Shown here piece after piece: positions 20,083-29,900 of a stretch of DNA of 64,000 nucleotides. Both the position numbers and the translations under genes were made by a program. Origin of the DNA: Bdellovibrionales bacterium. GTDB taxonomy: Bacteria; Bdellovibrionota; Bdellovibrionia; Bdellovibrionales; JAGQZY01. The DNA lies in contig CAXRHT010000002.1 of assembly GCA_964230645.1 (NCBI GenBank), forward strand, positions 1,088,001 to 1,152,000. Reading direction: 5' to 3'. The notes under the pieces are model-generated. The model had not been told where the DNA came from. It did not search any database and saw only the letters and a list, made by a program, of their open reading frames with translations. Numbering within the stretch: position 1 is the first letter of the stretch; the number at the start of each line of letters is the position of its first letter.

Positions 20083-21036
20083 TTATTCACAGACAGGGTT
20101 TTGGTAAGAAACCTCAGGTATAAAAGGAAGAATCTTTGAAATCGGGGTCACCACCTCTCCTTCACAATTGTCGCCACATTTGGCTTCAATGCGACAGCCA
20201 TTATGAAATTGAAAGTCGGCCTCTCCAGAGACAAGAAGCCCTTCCACAAGACCTGTTTGAGAATTAAAAAGAGCGGAGCCTGAGTTAGCAGAAAAAGCAT
20301 CCACACTGGCTACAATTTTTTGCCCAGACGACTGCACAAACCCACCATCGGCAATTTTTGAAGGAAGCCCCATGGGATGACCAATAAGCATAACCTGCTC
20401 ACCAATTCCAAGAGCTCCTGAGCGGCGAACATTCAAAGGAGTGCGATCCTCTACTTTTCGATCCAGGCGAATCACAGCAAAATCATTACTCCCTGTCTCA
20501 TGAGCCACAATTTCCTTACAGTGATAGATACTGTTTTCATCGACCCGGTACTCTTTTTGATCTTCTTTTGTTTTAGCAAAATCAAAAACAAAACGGGTGT
20601 CCCGACAATCATACTCAGACTGAATGCAGTGACCGGCTGTCACAATAAGATCTTCACTCACTAAAAACCCCGAACAAAATCCCACTGAGGGCTGATCGCT
20701 AAAGGCCTGTCCCGGACATAGCCCTACAAGATTTTTATAGGTAGGTCCATAGAGTCTATAGCTTCTACCCTCACGCACAAGAGAGCTTGAAGACACGAGA
20801 GCTAAAGTGGCTTTTGCCCAGTACTGGGTGGTTTGCCCAGGAGACTCCCACCAATCCAGGCGATTATCAGCACCATAGATAGCACTCGCACTCACCTTAC
20901 CACTTTCCTGATCGTCAGGAATTTGACAGGTGAGTCCGGTATTGGTGGCTGCTTTTGAAATCAGCCCCCGTTTTTGATTGGGGGAGCAGGCCATAAGGAA
21001 AAGCAGTCCTATAGTGAAAAAGCCATGTTTTATCAT
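20083..21036 (-). CDS. Trypsin-like serine protease lipoprotein
   Basis: Lipobox LMAC; IYG; CSGFL..TAGHC, DFA and NSGS catalytic motifs; start chosen at the second Met. Confidence 0.85.
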   Translation of the reverse strand: MIKHGFFTIGLLFLMACSPNQKRGLISKAATNTGLTCQIPDDQESGKVSASAIYGADNRLDWWESPGQTTQYWAKATLALVSSSSLVREGRSYRLYGPTYKNLVGLCPGQAFSDQPSVGFCSGFLVSEDLIVTAGHCIQSEYDCRDTRFVFDFAKTKEDQKEYRVDENSIYHCKEIVAHETGSNDFAVIRLDRKVEDRTPLNVRRSGALGIGEQVMLIGHPMGLPSKIADGGFVQSSGQKIVASVDAFSANSGSALFNSQTGLVEGLLVSGEADFQFHNGCRIEAKCGDNCEGEVVTPISKILPFIPEVSYQNPVCE

Positions 21037-21275
21037 AGCTCTTCTTCGGCCCCTCATCTGGACTTATTGAATATGTCCAAATGTGCCTAACTTCTGACTA
21101 GACCAAAGAATATATTCTCGACTCTCGTCCTGCCTCTCCCCTAGGGTTGCACTTTTCAACCACTGAGATTTTTCAAATCCATATTCGAACCAATGGGGAG
21201 AGTTTGCATTTTAAAAAGAGTTTTTCTGCTCTAGCTTCTACTCATGTTGTTAGAACAATCAGACAAGGAGAATAA

Positions 21276-22013
21276 ATGAACAACAAGTTTGTTATTGGAT
21301 GGATCACTTACACCCTTTTGATCATCGCCATATGTACCCTGATTTCTTGGCCGCCAAAGAAAGTCTCTATGGTCACCGAAACCTTCCAGGTGGAAAACGC
21401 CAACCAGTTAGCAAAACATATCAATAGCCTTTTTGATAAACAGTGGGTGGGAAAGGCCCATCCCATTGATAACAAAACTCTTCTTGTCAAAATGCCTGAA
21501 GAGTATCGTCGAGGAGTCAGTCGCCTTATTAAAAAATCCAAACAGGAAAAAAATGATAAAATGGTGGAACTTGATTTCTGGATCGTTCGAGCCACTAAAG
21601 AGCCAATAGGACTCAATAAGGAAGCCCCTTTTCGAGAAAGAATAATTGGTCTTCTAAAAAAAGAAGACCCGAATTCCGAATTTGAAATTTTAGAACACTA
21701 CAAGGGAAGAGCTTTAACTGAGCACCGTTTAAAAATGGAGGGCTGGCTCGCCGAAATCTCCTCTCATCCCAGAAATCATCGCGACTCAAACAAGGTGAAC
21801 TTGCAAATTAAAGTGGATTCACAAATGGGTGAAGTCGATAGTCACATCCAACTTGAAAACAAAAAGCTCACTCTCTTTAGTCAAAACGCTGTCCACCGTA
21901 AAAAAATCCAAAGAATTTTCGAAGACAAGAGCTTTAGTACAAACGCAGAAACAAAAAAGCACAACAGGAGCGAAAACATCTACTATGTTTTGCGTGGCAA
22001 TATTCTGCAGTAG
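21276..22013 (+). CDS. Hypothetical N-terminally anchored protein
   Basis: AGGAG RBS; N-terminal hydrophobic segment; weak resemblance to NolW-like domains. Confidence 0.6.
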   Translation: MNNKFVIGWITYTLLIIAICTLISWPPKKVSMVTETFQVENANQLAKHINSLFDKQWVGKAHPIDNKTLLVKMPEEYRRGVSRLIKKSKQEKNDKMVELDFWIVRATKEPIGLNKEAPFRERIIGLLKKEDPNSEFEILEHYKGRALTEHRLKMEGWLAEISSHPRNHRDSNKVNLQIKVDSQMGEVDSHIQLENKKLTLFSQNAVHRKKIQRIFEDKSFSTNAETKKHNRSENIYYVLRGNILQ

Positions 22014-22043
22014 TAAATATCAAGATTGAGTCATCCATCCCCC

Positions 22044-22198
22044 TGTCGTCCTGAACAGCTTTGCATTGCCATCCTGAACAGCTTTGCATTGCCATCCTGA
22101 GCGGTTTTGCATTGTCATCCTGAGGCGAAGCCGAAGGATCTATACCCGAGATCCTTCGCTAACGCTCAGGATGACAGTGTGCAACCACTCAAGATGAC
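22044..22198. repeat. REP-like palindromic element with tandemly amplified arms
   Basis: Three 23-bp units (22044-22112); nested palindrome TGTCATCCTGAG..CGAAGGATCT..AGATCCTTCG..CTCAGGATGACA (22113-22176); one degenerate inverted unit after it. Confidence 0.85.
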
Positions 22199-22349
22199 TG
22201 GAAGCTCTTCTCAATATGAGAAAACCCTAGCTCTAAAGCACAACCACGACAATTAACGGCACCACTCCTCTAAACACCATGTCTCCAACTCCCCACACCT
22301 CTTCAGCTCAAATATAAGCCCTTCCGCCCCGATCCAACTCATTGGCCCC

Positions 22350-22365
22350 TGGCACCCTATTTGCT
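22350..22365 (+). promoter_or_regulatory. Putative sigma54 (-24/-12) promoter
   Basis: TGGCAC-CCTAT-TTGCT, an exact consensus match upstream of the 22431 ORF. Confidence 0.7.
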
Positions 22366-22430
22366 CTTTTAGTTGACTAATACAACGATAAAAATTGTGG
22401 TAGTCTCACGAGCAACATAAAGGAGATCTT

Positions 22431-22823
22431 GTGAAAAAATTAAGCCTTATCATTTTCGTTTTATCTCTTCCCTTTTTATCCCTAGCGCAGGACGAAGTCG
22501 TGTGCGATGAGAAACAAGCGCAAATCACTCTCCAACAGGCCACAGAAAACTTAGCAAAATCCCTAGAAAACGAATACCCCCACTTAAAGCTCGATTGTCA
22601 GATCAATAAGTCTTACGGTGCTACCAATTATGATGTGACTGACAAAAAAATGGAGAGCAAACAAGGACCTAAATTTGACTACTTCAAAGGCTATTCGGTC
22701 TGCGATCAAAAAGATCCGAGGATTCGTCAGTTAGTGAAGTCAAGTTTTAGCTTTATGATCGAAAAAGACAAATGCCAGGTCATGAAAATGGAGCGAGTGC
22801 AGTCAAAAACCAATATTTATTAA
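22431..22823 (+). CDS. Hypothetical secreted protein
   Basis: AAGGAG RBS, GTG start, signal peptide ending SLA|Q, four Cys. Confidence 0.7.
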   Translation: MKKLSLIIFVLSLPFLSLAQDEVVCDEKQAQITLQQATENLAKSLENEYPHLKLDCQINKSYGATNYDVTDKKMESKQGPKFDYFKGYSVCDQKDPRIRQLVKSSFSFMIEKDKCQVMKMERVQSKTNIY

Positions 22824-22825
22824 AA

Positions 22826-23056
22826 CTAACTAAAAAACTTATTAAAAAGTTTCAATAGTCCAGAAAATATTAAGCTTAAAAGAATACAGGTTGTGATCGG
22901 AAAATAAAAACTCGAGTTTTTCCCTTTGATATGAATGTCTCCCGGAAGTCTTCCCAGGGGCACATACTTAAAAAAACCGACCTGCCATAAAACTCCGGCG
23001 AAAACCAAAATGATTCCAATGGTAATTAATATCGCGCCCGGAGACATTCGACCCAT
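22826..23056 (-). CDS. DUF2905 family small membrane protein
   Basis: LGRLPGDI...FYFPITTCILLS. Confidence 0.85.
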   Translation of the reverse strand: MGRMSPGAILITIGIILVFAGVLWQVGFFKYVPLGRLPGDIHIKGKNSSFYFPITTCILLSLIFSGLLKLFNKFFS

Positions 23057-23068
23057 AAAATCACTGTC

Positions 23069-24811
23069 CTAAAGCATAAATTGCTTAATTTCTTGAATGG
23101 GTGCCCGTCCATAACCTAAGAACTCCTCATGAAACTGCTTAAGCTTAAAGTCCTCTTCTTTTTCTTTTTTCAATTTCTCGCGCAGTTCATAAATAGCCGT
23201 GAATCCACCAAAGTAGCTCGCTAGTTGCACTTGCTTAAGTTTCGCTCTATGCCACTTTCCTTCGGCCTCTGATTTTTCCTGATAGGCTCCAGCCATCATC
23301 ATCTTCATGGCATCTTCTTTACTCAGATTTTTATGATGAATTTCGTAATCGAGAATCGTGTTGGTCACTGATCTCAAGAGCCACTTGTAATAGACGAGCC
23401 AAAGCTCCTGGCTTTTCTCGGCATAACCCTGCTCCATCATCATTCTCTCAGCGTAAACGGCCCAGCCTTCAACAAGGGCCCCATTGTAAAACACAGAGCG
23501 CACAAGACTATTGGTTTTATTGGCGTAAACGGACTGAACATAGTGACCAGGCAGAGCCTCATGGATATTGAGGATCTGTAGCATATAGTTATTGTACTCT
23601 CGTAAGTAACTCTCCGCCTGTTTTGCCGTCATACGATCCAGAGGGGTGACGTTGTAGTAGGTCTCATCTTTTTTATTAAAAGGCCCGGGAGCTTCTACAC
23701 TGGCCCCAGCATAGCCTCTTAAATAAGGAGGAGTTTCACGAACCTTAAGCGGCTGGCTCTCATCTAAGGACACAAGATTGTGCTTTTTGATAAAAGCTTT
23801 GAGCTCTGGTAGTTGCTCTTTGATTTTATCAATAAACTCTCCCCTTTTGGGATGCTGCTTTGAAACTTTAGCAAGAATACTAGTGACCACATCTTGGCGA
23901 TCTTTAGGTGGTAACTTCTCTCCAAAGTATTTTGGATAAAGGGCAATGGCTGACTCAAACATTTTTGATCTTAAGTCTTGTTTGGCATCCAGTGCTTTTT
24001 TGTAAAGTTCTTCGGGAGTGAAGCTGATCTGTAAGTCATACTCAAACTTTTTAGCGTAGGTTTCGCGACCAATACGGAAGTCTCTAAACCCGCCCACTTT
24101 TTTGGGATTCGAAAGAACCCCACGAAGAAACCGAATGTAACCCCGAGCGGCTGAGGCCGCAACACCCACTCGTTGCTCAAGGGTTGATTGATCGCGACGA
24201 GAGAGTTTTGATTTTTTAATTTGCTTAGTAACATCACCCTTAAGATATCGAATCAAACCTTTGGTTTGATCAATGGCGTGCTCGGTGTGAACTTTGGTGG
24301 GATTATTTACGGACTCCTGGGCCGCTTGATAAAAAGGTTTCACCAAAAGAAGTTTTTCACTCAGGTCTTGTAAGCGCTCCTCTAGTGGTCTTGCCGATTT
24401 ATTTAAGACGTAGCTTAAAGCCATACCCACATTGTGCTCGGATGGGTCCCACTGAAAATCTTTATACTCCTCAAGACTCCAAATTCGTTTTTTCATTTCA
24501 TTGATGACCATACTCCGATCAATTCGTTGGCCAATGGACAAATCATCAATAGGAAAAGTCTCAAACTTTGAAAGAGTCTCTTTATAAAAAGTGAGCCTTT
24601 TTGAGCGCGTTTCCTCATTGGGAAGACTTAACTGTTTTTCGTAATCTGTGAGACCTTTAGAGGAAGCCATCTCAGGATGAAGAGGCCAAAACTCTTGAAA
24701 GAACTTATCGGTCACTTCTGAAAACTTCGGATTGTCCTCAATATCTTTAAGACTCGTACAGCCCAAAAACAAAAAAGCCACTAGAAAAGACATGAAAACA
24801 GAACGGCTCAT
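23069..24811 (-). CDS. DUF885 family lipoprotein (zincin-like)
   Basis: Lipobox FLGC; HEALPGHYVQ, EGWAVYAE and Q..SYF.G motifs. Confidence 0.85.
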   Translation of the reverse strand: MSRSVFMSFLVAFLFLGCTSLKDIEDNPKFSEVTDKFFQEFWPLHPEMASSKGLTDYEKQLSLPNEETRSKRLTFYKETLSKFETFPIDDLSIGQRIDRSMVINEMKKRIWSLEEYKDFQWDPSEHNVGMALSYVLNKSARPLEERLQDLSEKLLLVKPFYQAAQESVNNPTKVHTEHAIDQTKGLIRYLKGDVTKQIKKSKLSRRDQSTLEQRVGVAASAARGYIRFLRGVLSNPKKVGGFRDFRIGRETYAKKFEYDLQISFTPEELYKKALDAKQDLRSKMFESAIALYPKYFGEKLPPKDRQDVVTSILAKVSKQHPKRGEFIDKIKEQLPELKAFIKKHNLVSLDESQPLKVRETPPYLRGYAGASVEAPGPFNKKDETYYNVTPLDRMTAKQAESYLREYNNYMLQILNIHEALPGHYVQSVYANKTNSLVRSVFYNGALVEGWAVYAERMMMEQGYAEKSQELWLVYYKWLLRSVTNTILDYEIHHKNLSKEDAMKMMMAGAYQEKSEAEGKWHRAKLKQVQLASYFGGFTAIYELREKLKKEKEEDFKLKQFHEEFLGYGRAPIQEIKQFML

Positions 24812-24989
24812 AAAATTCCCCCAAGGAAAAGTTAACAGTAACAAAAAACGCTACATCATATTGATAGTAATGTCATTGCGTCCTCTTGCAACCCCTCTCA
24901 AGAAAACACACAAGCCCCTACCCCTGACAACCCAAGTCAGCTTTCAAGAATCGCAAGAGCAATTGAATTCAGAATCCCGGAAACCTACC

Positions 24990-25029
24990 GGATATCGGGT
25001 ATACCAGGATACTTGTATACAGGATATCC
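24990..25029. repeat. Five tandem 8-bp (near-)palindromes
   Basis: GGATATCG GGTATACC AGGATACT TGTATACA GGATATCC. Confidence 0.6.
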
Positions 25030-25041
25030 AGAATGAAGTGG

Positions 25042-25057
25042 AATGGCGATGGCGGGA
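25042..25057 (-). repeat. 16-bp duplication of the tRNA-Arg 3' end
   Basis: AATGGCGATGGCGGGA is identical to 25134-25149. Confidence 0.85.
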
Positions 25058-25135
25058 CCGAGTGGAGATCTGCCGCAAGGCAGGAGGCTCCAGGAGGAAA
25101 TCCGAGCGACATTGTCATTTTCAACTTGTTGGAAA

Positions 25136-25212
25136 TGGCGATGGCGGGAGGATTCGAACCTCCGACCGTCTGCTTAGAAGGCAGATGCTCTATCCAACTG
25201 AGCTACGCCACC
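25136..25212 (-). tRNA. tRNA-Arg (anticodon UCU)
   Basis: GGTGGCG/CGCCATC acceptor stem, D arm GCTC..GAGC, anticodon arm TCTGC-CTTCTAA-GCAGA, GGTTCGAATCC, encoded CCA. Confidence 0.96.
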
Positions 25213-25319
25213 ATTGCCTGAAGAAAAGTTAACTTAGCGGAAAAAAAAGGTGAATTCAATCTTTTGAGACCCCTTCAAAGCAAAAAGGCATGAGTAAAAG
25301 GAGCCCTCAAGATTAAATA

Positions 25320-26333
25320 TTAGGCAAATTGCGCCATAACCTCATTTAATTGCTCCTCTGTGGGTCGCAAAGTGGACTCATCGAGCTCACTAAGAGGCTT
25401 TACAGAGAGACTCTCGTCCTGCACCAAATTGGAGTGCTTTTTATCGAAGTAGAAAAGACCGGTGGCAAATTCGTTTTGCTGCTTAGCCTCAATTAAAACC
25501 TTCATCGCCGCTTGTGGGTCATGAACGTCATGGCTGTGCTCATCCACTTTTGTGAGAGCAAGCTTTGAGCCATCGTGGAGTTCAACAAGAGTTGAGCCCT
25601 CATAATCCACCGCAATCTCCTCTTTGGCTTCGATATAACCAAGAGACTGAAGCTGGAATTTTCGCTCTTTGACAGCGTCATAGCTTTTTGTGGAGCCTGG
25701 ATGGTTGGCAAAAGTCACACAGGGCGAGATCACATCAATAAAGGCTGTGCCCTCATATTCCATGGCCGCACGAACCAGTGGAACCAATTGTTTGGCGTCC
25801 CCTGAAAAAGAGCGTGCCACAAATCCACAGCCCATCTCGATAGCAAGCGAACAGAGGTCGATAGAAGAGTAAGTGTTGATCTCCCCTGATTTGCGGCTAG
25901 AGCCCTCATCCGCGGTGGCTGAAAACTGCCCCTTGGTGAGTCCATAAACTCCATTATTTTCCACGATATAAACCATGGGAACATTTCGACGCAGAAGATG
26001 GCAAAAACCGCCAAGACCAATGCTGGCGGAGTCCCCATCTCCGGAAATTCCGATGATTTTTAAATCACGGTTAGCCATCTTAGCTCCAGTAGCTAATGGG
26101 GCCATACGCCCATGAAGACTGTTAAAACCGGCCGACTTTTCTAGGAAATAGGTGGGAGTTTTTGAGGAACAACCAATCCCTGAAATTTTTGCCACCTTAT
26201 GAGGGTCGATCGATGATTTATAAAGAGCGGAGATGATGTGGTTTGTGATGCTATCGTGCCCACACCCAGAGCAAAGAGTCGACTTTGCTCCCATATAACT
26301 TTTTCGATCCAATCCTAGTGCATTAGTTGACAT
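25320..26333 (-). CDS. 2-oxoacid:ferredoxin oxidoreductase beta subunit
   Basis: CSGCGH, SGIGCSS, HGR, SGDGD, NGVYGLTKGQ and SPCVTF motifs. Confidence 0.92.
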   Translation of the reverse strand: MSTNALGLDRKSYMGAKSTLCSGCGHDSITNHIISALYKSSIDPHKVAKISGIGCSSKTPTYFLEKSAGFNSLHGRMAPLATGAKMANRDLKIIGISGDGDSASIGLGGFCHLLRRNVPMVYIVENNGVYGLTKGQFSATADEGSSRKSGEINTYSSIDLCSLAIEMGCGFVARSFSGDAKQLVPLVRAAMEYEGTAFIDVISPCVTFANHPGSTKSYDAVKERKFQLQSLGYIEAKEEIAVDYEGSTLVELHDGSKLALTKVDEHSHDVHDPQAAMKVLIEAKQQNEFATGLFYFDKKHSNLVQDESLSVKPLSELDESTLRPTEEQLNEVMAQFA

Positions 26334-28116
26334 GCTGACCTCGATTTTTAAGATTCGTGGCTAAAATTTCTGGACACAAAGGTAGACCGTCACAATTGGT
26401 CTGACTGGAAATTTTACGAGCCAAGCTTGGAAACTCCGCTCTCATTAACTCACCCATTTGTCCATGTTGGTTCTGCTCAATGATCACCACTTCGTCATGA
26501 GCCTCAATAAATTCTTTAACATCATTATGAAAAGGATAGGCTTTAAGCCTCATTACACTGACGTCTTTTTCACCCATAATATCTAAAAGCTCTTCGACCA
26601 CTAGGTCTGTGGACCCAAAATAGACGTAAGCTTTTTTATTATCTTTTCCTTCACGCACCTCAGGTGAGGGAACCATGGTTTTAATGGTTTCCCATTTGCG
26701 GTCCAAGCGGTTCATTAAATTTTGATAGTTATCGGGAGCCTCAGAGTATTTTGCCTCTGGGGTGTGACCCGTTCCTCTGGTAAAATAAGCCGCCAGATCA
26801 TGATCCGTCCCCGGTAAAGTTCTATAGGGAATCCCATCGCCATCCACATCGGCGTAACGAGCAAAGCTTTCTAACTTTTCAAGATCCTCTTTTTTCAAAA
26901 CCTTGCCACGATCAAAGCCAGTCTTTGGATATTCAAACCTGTCGCTCATCCAAAAGTTCATCCCTAAATCAAGATCACTAAGGATAAAGACAGGTGTCTG
27001 CGCCCTTTCACTTAAATCAAAAGCAAGGTTGGCAAAATCAAAACACTCTTTGGGTGTCGCTGGGAAAAACACGGGATGTCTTGTATCCCCATGGGAGCAA
27101 CGAGCCGCCGCAAGGACATCTCCCTGCGATGTTCTTGTAGGAAGTCCTGTGGAAGGCCCCATACGCTGAACATCCCAAATCACTCCGGGAATTTCTGCAA
27201 AATACATAAGCCCTATGGTTTCAGCCATAAGACTGATGCCGGGACCTGACGTTGTCGTCATGGCTCTGGCTCCGGCCCAACCGGCCCCTGCGACCATTGA
27301 AATAGCACTAAGCTCATCTTCAGACTGCACCATAGAAAATTGCTTCTGCCCATCAGAGGTCACTCGCAATTTGTTACAGAAATCTTCAAAACTCTCAGCC
27401 AATGAACTACTGGGAGTGATCGGATACCAAGAAGCAAAGCTACATCCCGCATACACAAAACCAAGAGCGCCTGAAGTATTGCCATCAATCAGGATTTTAT
27501 CTCGAGTGAGGTTTCTTTCTTCAACCTTGATACCCCAGTCCTCTTTACTTAAGTTTTCTTTGACGTACTCGCGGCCAATATTTACAGCCTTTTTGTTGAT
27601 TTCAAAAACGGACTCTTTCCCTTTGAATTGATGCTCAATGGTTTCAGCCACCACATGCTCAGGAATTTGTAATATCTCTGTGAGAGCTCCCACGTAGATC
27701 ATATTCACTAAAAGTTTTTTTAGCTGAATGGATTTTGTGACCTCTTTACAAAGATCGTTAAAATTGATTCCAAGAGTTCGTACGCCTTCAGGAAATTCTT
27801 CCGGGTTCGTACGTAGACCATCGTTGTAGATAAAAAGGCCGCCGGGCTTTAGCCACTGGAAATCCTCAATGATCGTGTCGCGGTTCATGGCGATGACGAT
27901 ATCGCTACTGGGTTTGCGCCCCACATAGCCTTTTTCACTGGCTCTAATTGAAAACCAAGTGGGAAGGCCTGCGATATTGGACGGAAAAAGGTTTTTCCCT
28001 GAAACAGGCACTCCCATTTTAAAAATGGATCTCATTAAAATATTGTTGGCCGATTGGCTCCCACTTCCATTGACTGTCGCCACAGTTACAGAAAAATCAT
28101 TCACAATTTGGGACAA
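26323..28116 (-). CDS. 2-oxoacid:acceptor oxidoreductase alpha subunit (gamma-alpha fusion)
   Basis: NGSGSQS, YPITPSS, EDELSA, TSGPG and GPSTGLPT motifs. Confidence 0.92.
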   Translation of the reverse strand: MSQIVNDFSVTVATVNGSGSQSANNILMRSIFKMGVPVSGKNLFPSNIAGLPTWFSIRASEKGYVGRKPSSDIVIAMNRDTIIEDFQWLKPGGLFIYNDGLRTNPEEFPEGVRTLGINFNDLCKEVTKSIQLKKLLVNMIYVGALTEILQIPEHVVAETIEHQFKGKESVFEINKKAVNIGREYVKENLSKEDWGIKVEERNLTRDKILIDGNTSGALGFVYAGCSFASWYPITPSSSLAESFEDFCNKLRVTSDGQKQFSMVQSEDELSAISMVAGAGWAGARAMTTTSGPGISLMAETIGLMYFAEIPGVIWDVQRMGPSTGLPTRTSQGDVLAAARCSHGDTRHPVFFPATPKECFDFANLAFDLSERAQTPVFILSDLDLGMNFWMSDRFEYPKTGFDRGKVLKKEDLEKLESFARYADVDGDGIPYRTLPGTDHDLAAYFTRGTGHTPEAKYSEAPDNYQNLMNRLDRKWETIKTMVPSPEVREGKDNKKAYVYFGSTDLVVEELLDIMGEKDVSVMRLKAYPFHNDVKEFIEAHDEVVIIEQNQHGQMGELMRAEFPSLARKISSQTNCDGLPLCPEILATNLKNRGQHVN

Positions 28117-28249
28117 AACATTACCTCACTTTTACACCGGGACACTGAATTTTAGTGGACTCAAGGGCGTCTTTCAACGAGGGAGCAAATCACGATATGA
28201 TGTGTCGCAACCCGCTTTTCCCTCTGTTGTGGTGCCTTTTAGCTGTTTT

Positions 28250-28984
28250 TTAGACAGGAGATTTGATCTCCACATCAGGATCGATCTCCTGGACCCACTC
28301 AACATACTTTTTATGGATCATCTCTTTGTTTCCAGGAGGACAAACAGGGCCCACATACATCTCAAGCTTCCCAGGGCTTGGCAGAAGCTGCCCCTTGGGC
28401 CACAGATTGCTATTGCCTTTGATATAAAGGAAAAGAATGGGGGTTGAGGTCTCCTGAGAAAAAAGGCTGATCCCACGACGGAATTCTTGAATTTTACCAT
28501 CCTTAGACCTTGTGCCCTCAGGAAAGAAAATCATCCACATCTTATCAAGCTCGGTGAGAAGAGTGAGAACAAGCTTTACGGCCTCCCCCTTTTTATCTTT
28601 CCGGTCGATAGGGATAGCACCCAGGCAGTGCTTGGAAAAGAAATCAAAAACGGGATTACCGAAAAAGTAGTCCTTAGCCGCTGTGACATAGAGCTGAGGC
28701 CAGTAGCGAAAAGGAATAGCGGCAGCCATAGAGGTGGCATCAAGATGGCTGGCATGGTTAGAAATAATGATGAGCTTTGGGTAGTTTTTCGCCACCGTAT
28801 GAAACTCCCCATGAAGTTTAATACGCACATAAAAGCGGTAAGCCAGAGCTTTTAAAAAAATCGCCCAAAGCGCACGAAAAAACTTAGAGGTGAGATCAAA
28901 ATGGCGAGTGAACAGTGGCAAATGCTTCAAATAAGGGGGGAGCTTCATCCATTGTTCGTTCTCATAGTCCCACTCCCAACTCAC
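28250..28984 (-). CDS. Lysophospholipid acyltransferase (PlsC family)
   Basis: NHASHLD (HX4D) and FFPEGTRS motifs. Confidence 0.9.
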   Translation of the reverse strand: MSWEWDYENEQWMKLPPYLKHLPLFTRHFDLTSKFFRALWAIFLKALAYRFYVRIKLHGEFHTVAKNYPKLIIISNHASHLDATSMAAAIPFRYWPQLYVTAAKDYFFGNPVFDFFSKHCLGAIPIDRKDKKGEAVKLVLTLLTELDKMWMIFFPEGTRSKDGKIQEFRRGISLFSQETSTPILFLYIKGNSNLWPKGQLLPSPGKLEMYVGPVCPPGNKEMIHKKYVEWVQEIDPDVEIKSPV

Positions 28985-29892
28985 TGCACTTCTCCTAGTA
29001 AAAAGAGAACGTAGTGAGCAATGGGGGCCACAAACACAAGGCGATCGAGGCGACTAAAAAAGTCCCCACGTCCAAGGATAAATGAATCCGTGACTTTAAT
29101 ACCAAGATCTCGCCTAACCACTGCCAACACCGAATCCCCTGTGCTTGCAAAAAGCACACAGGTCAAACTCACCGCTCCCCAGTAAAATTCGGTTCTTACT
29201 GGTAGAAGGTGGCGCATGCCCCACCCCAAAAGAACGGTGATCATTCCAGCGAGAACAAAACCCTCGAGGCTTCTTTTAGGTGTGATATTTGAGATTAGTT
29301 TGAAGTTTTTAAGATAGCGGCTAATCGCAAGATAAATGGTATCAAAAAACTCGGTGAGCATAATGATATAAATGATGATGTAAACACCACCATCCATCTT
29401 CATAATCCACCCCAGGTGCAAGAAAGCCCAGATGAAACAAAAGTTTAAAAGGGTTAAAGCTATGTACTGCACCATATGCTTATAGGAGTTTCTTAGAAGA
29501 GGAATAAAACAGACCATAAAAAACATAAAAATCGGCATCAAGTTATAGATGTCGATAAAGTTTCGATAAATACAGTAGGCTGAAAACATAATGGCCAAAT
29601 AACAGGCCCAAACAAAGTTCGAGCGATGGTACATGCCTGTCATTTGAAAGAAGTTTTTAGCTCCGTAAATAGAAACAAATGCCAAAACCACCAGGGGATA
29701 AGGCCAGGCCAAAGCAAGGGCTAAGAATATAAACGGTACAGTTAAAAGCCAGCTTCCTGTATTGGCCGCTCCCTTTACAAAGCGGGGGTCCATTTTATTA
29801 ATAAAGGTCTGTAAAAGATTGATGACCAATAAAACACCAAAAACGAGGACCGCTGTCTCTTGAAATTTATATTCGAACAATAGTTCCCACAT
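28981..29892 (-). CDS. Phosphatidate cytidylyltransferase family protein
   Basis: Multi-TM; ITPKRSLEG, GD....VRRDLGIK, G.G.FFSRLD. Confidence 0.8.
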   Translation of the reverse strand: MWELLFEYKFQETAVLVFGVLLVINLLQTFINKMDPRFVKGAANTGSWLLTVPFIFLALALAWPYPLVVLAFVSIYGAKNFFQMTGMYHRSNFVWACYLAIMFSAYCIYRNFIDIYNLMPIFMFFMVCFIPLLRNSYKHMVQYIALTLLNFCFIWAFLHLGWIMKMDGGVYIIIYIIMLTEFFDTIYLAISRYLKNFKLISNITPKRSLEGFVLAGMITVLLGWGMRHLLPVRTEFYWGAVSLTCVLFASTGDSVLAVVRRDLGIKVTDSFILGRGDFFSRLDRLVFVAPIAHYVLFLLGEVQ

Positions 29893-29900
29893 TTTGCACC

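Noticed and set aside
22044..22112. Possible CRISPR array
   Set aside because: The 23-bp units are contiguous with no unique spacers, derive from the adjacent palindrome arm, and no cas genes are present
25042..25212. Intact integrative element or prophage at tRNA-Arg
   Set aside because: Only 76 bp lie between the repeats, and there are no integrase or phage genes
24732..25232. 166-aa and 62-aa plus-strand ORFs
   Set aside because: They overlap the tRNA and repeats in antisense and have no recognisable motifs
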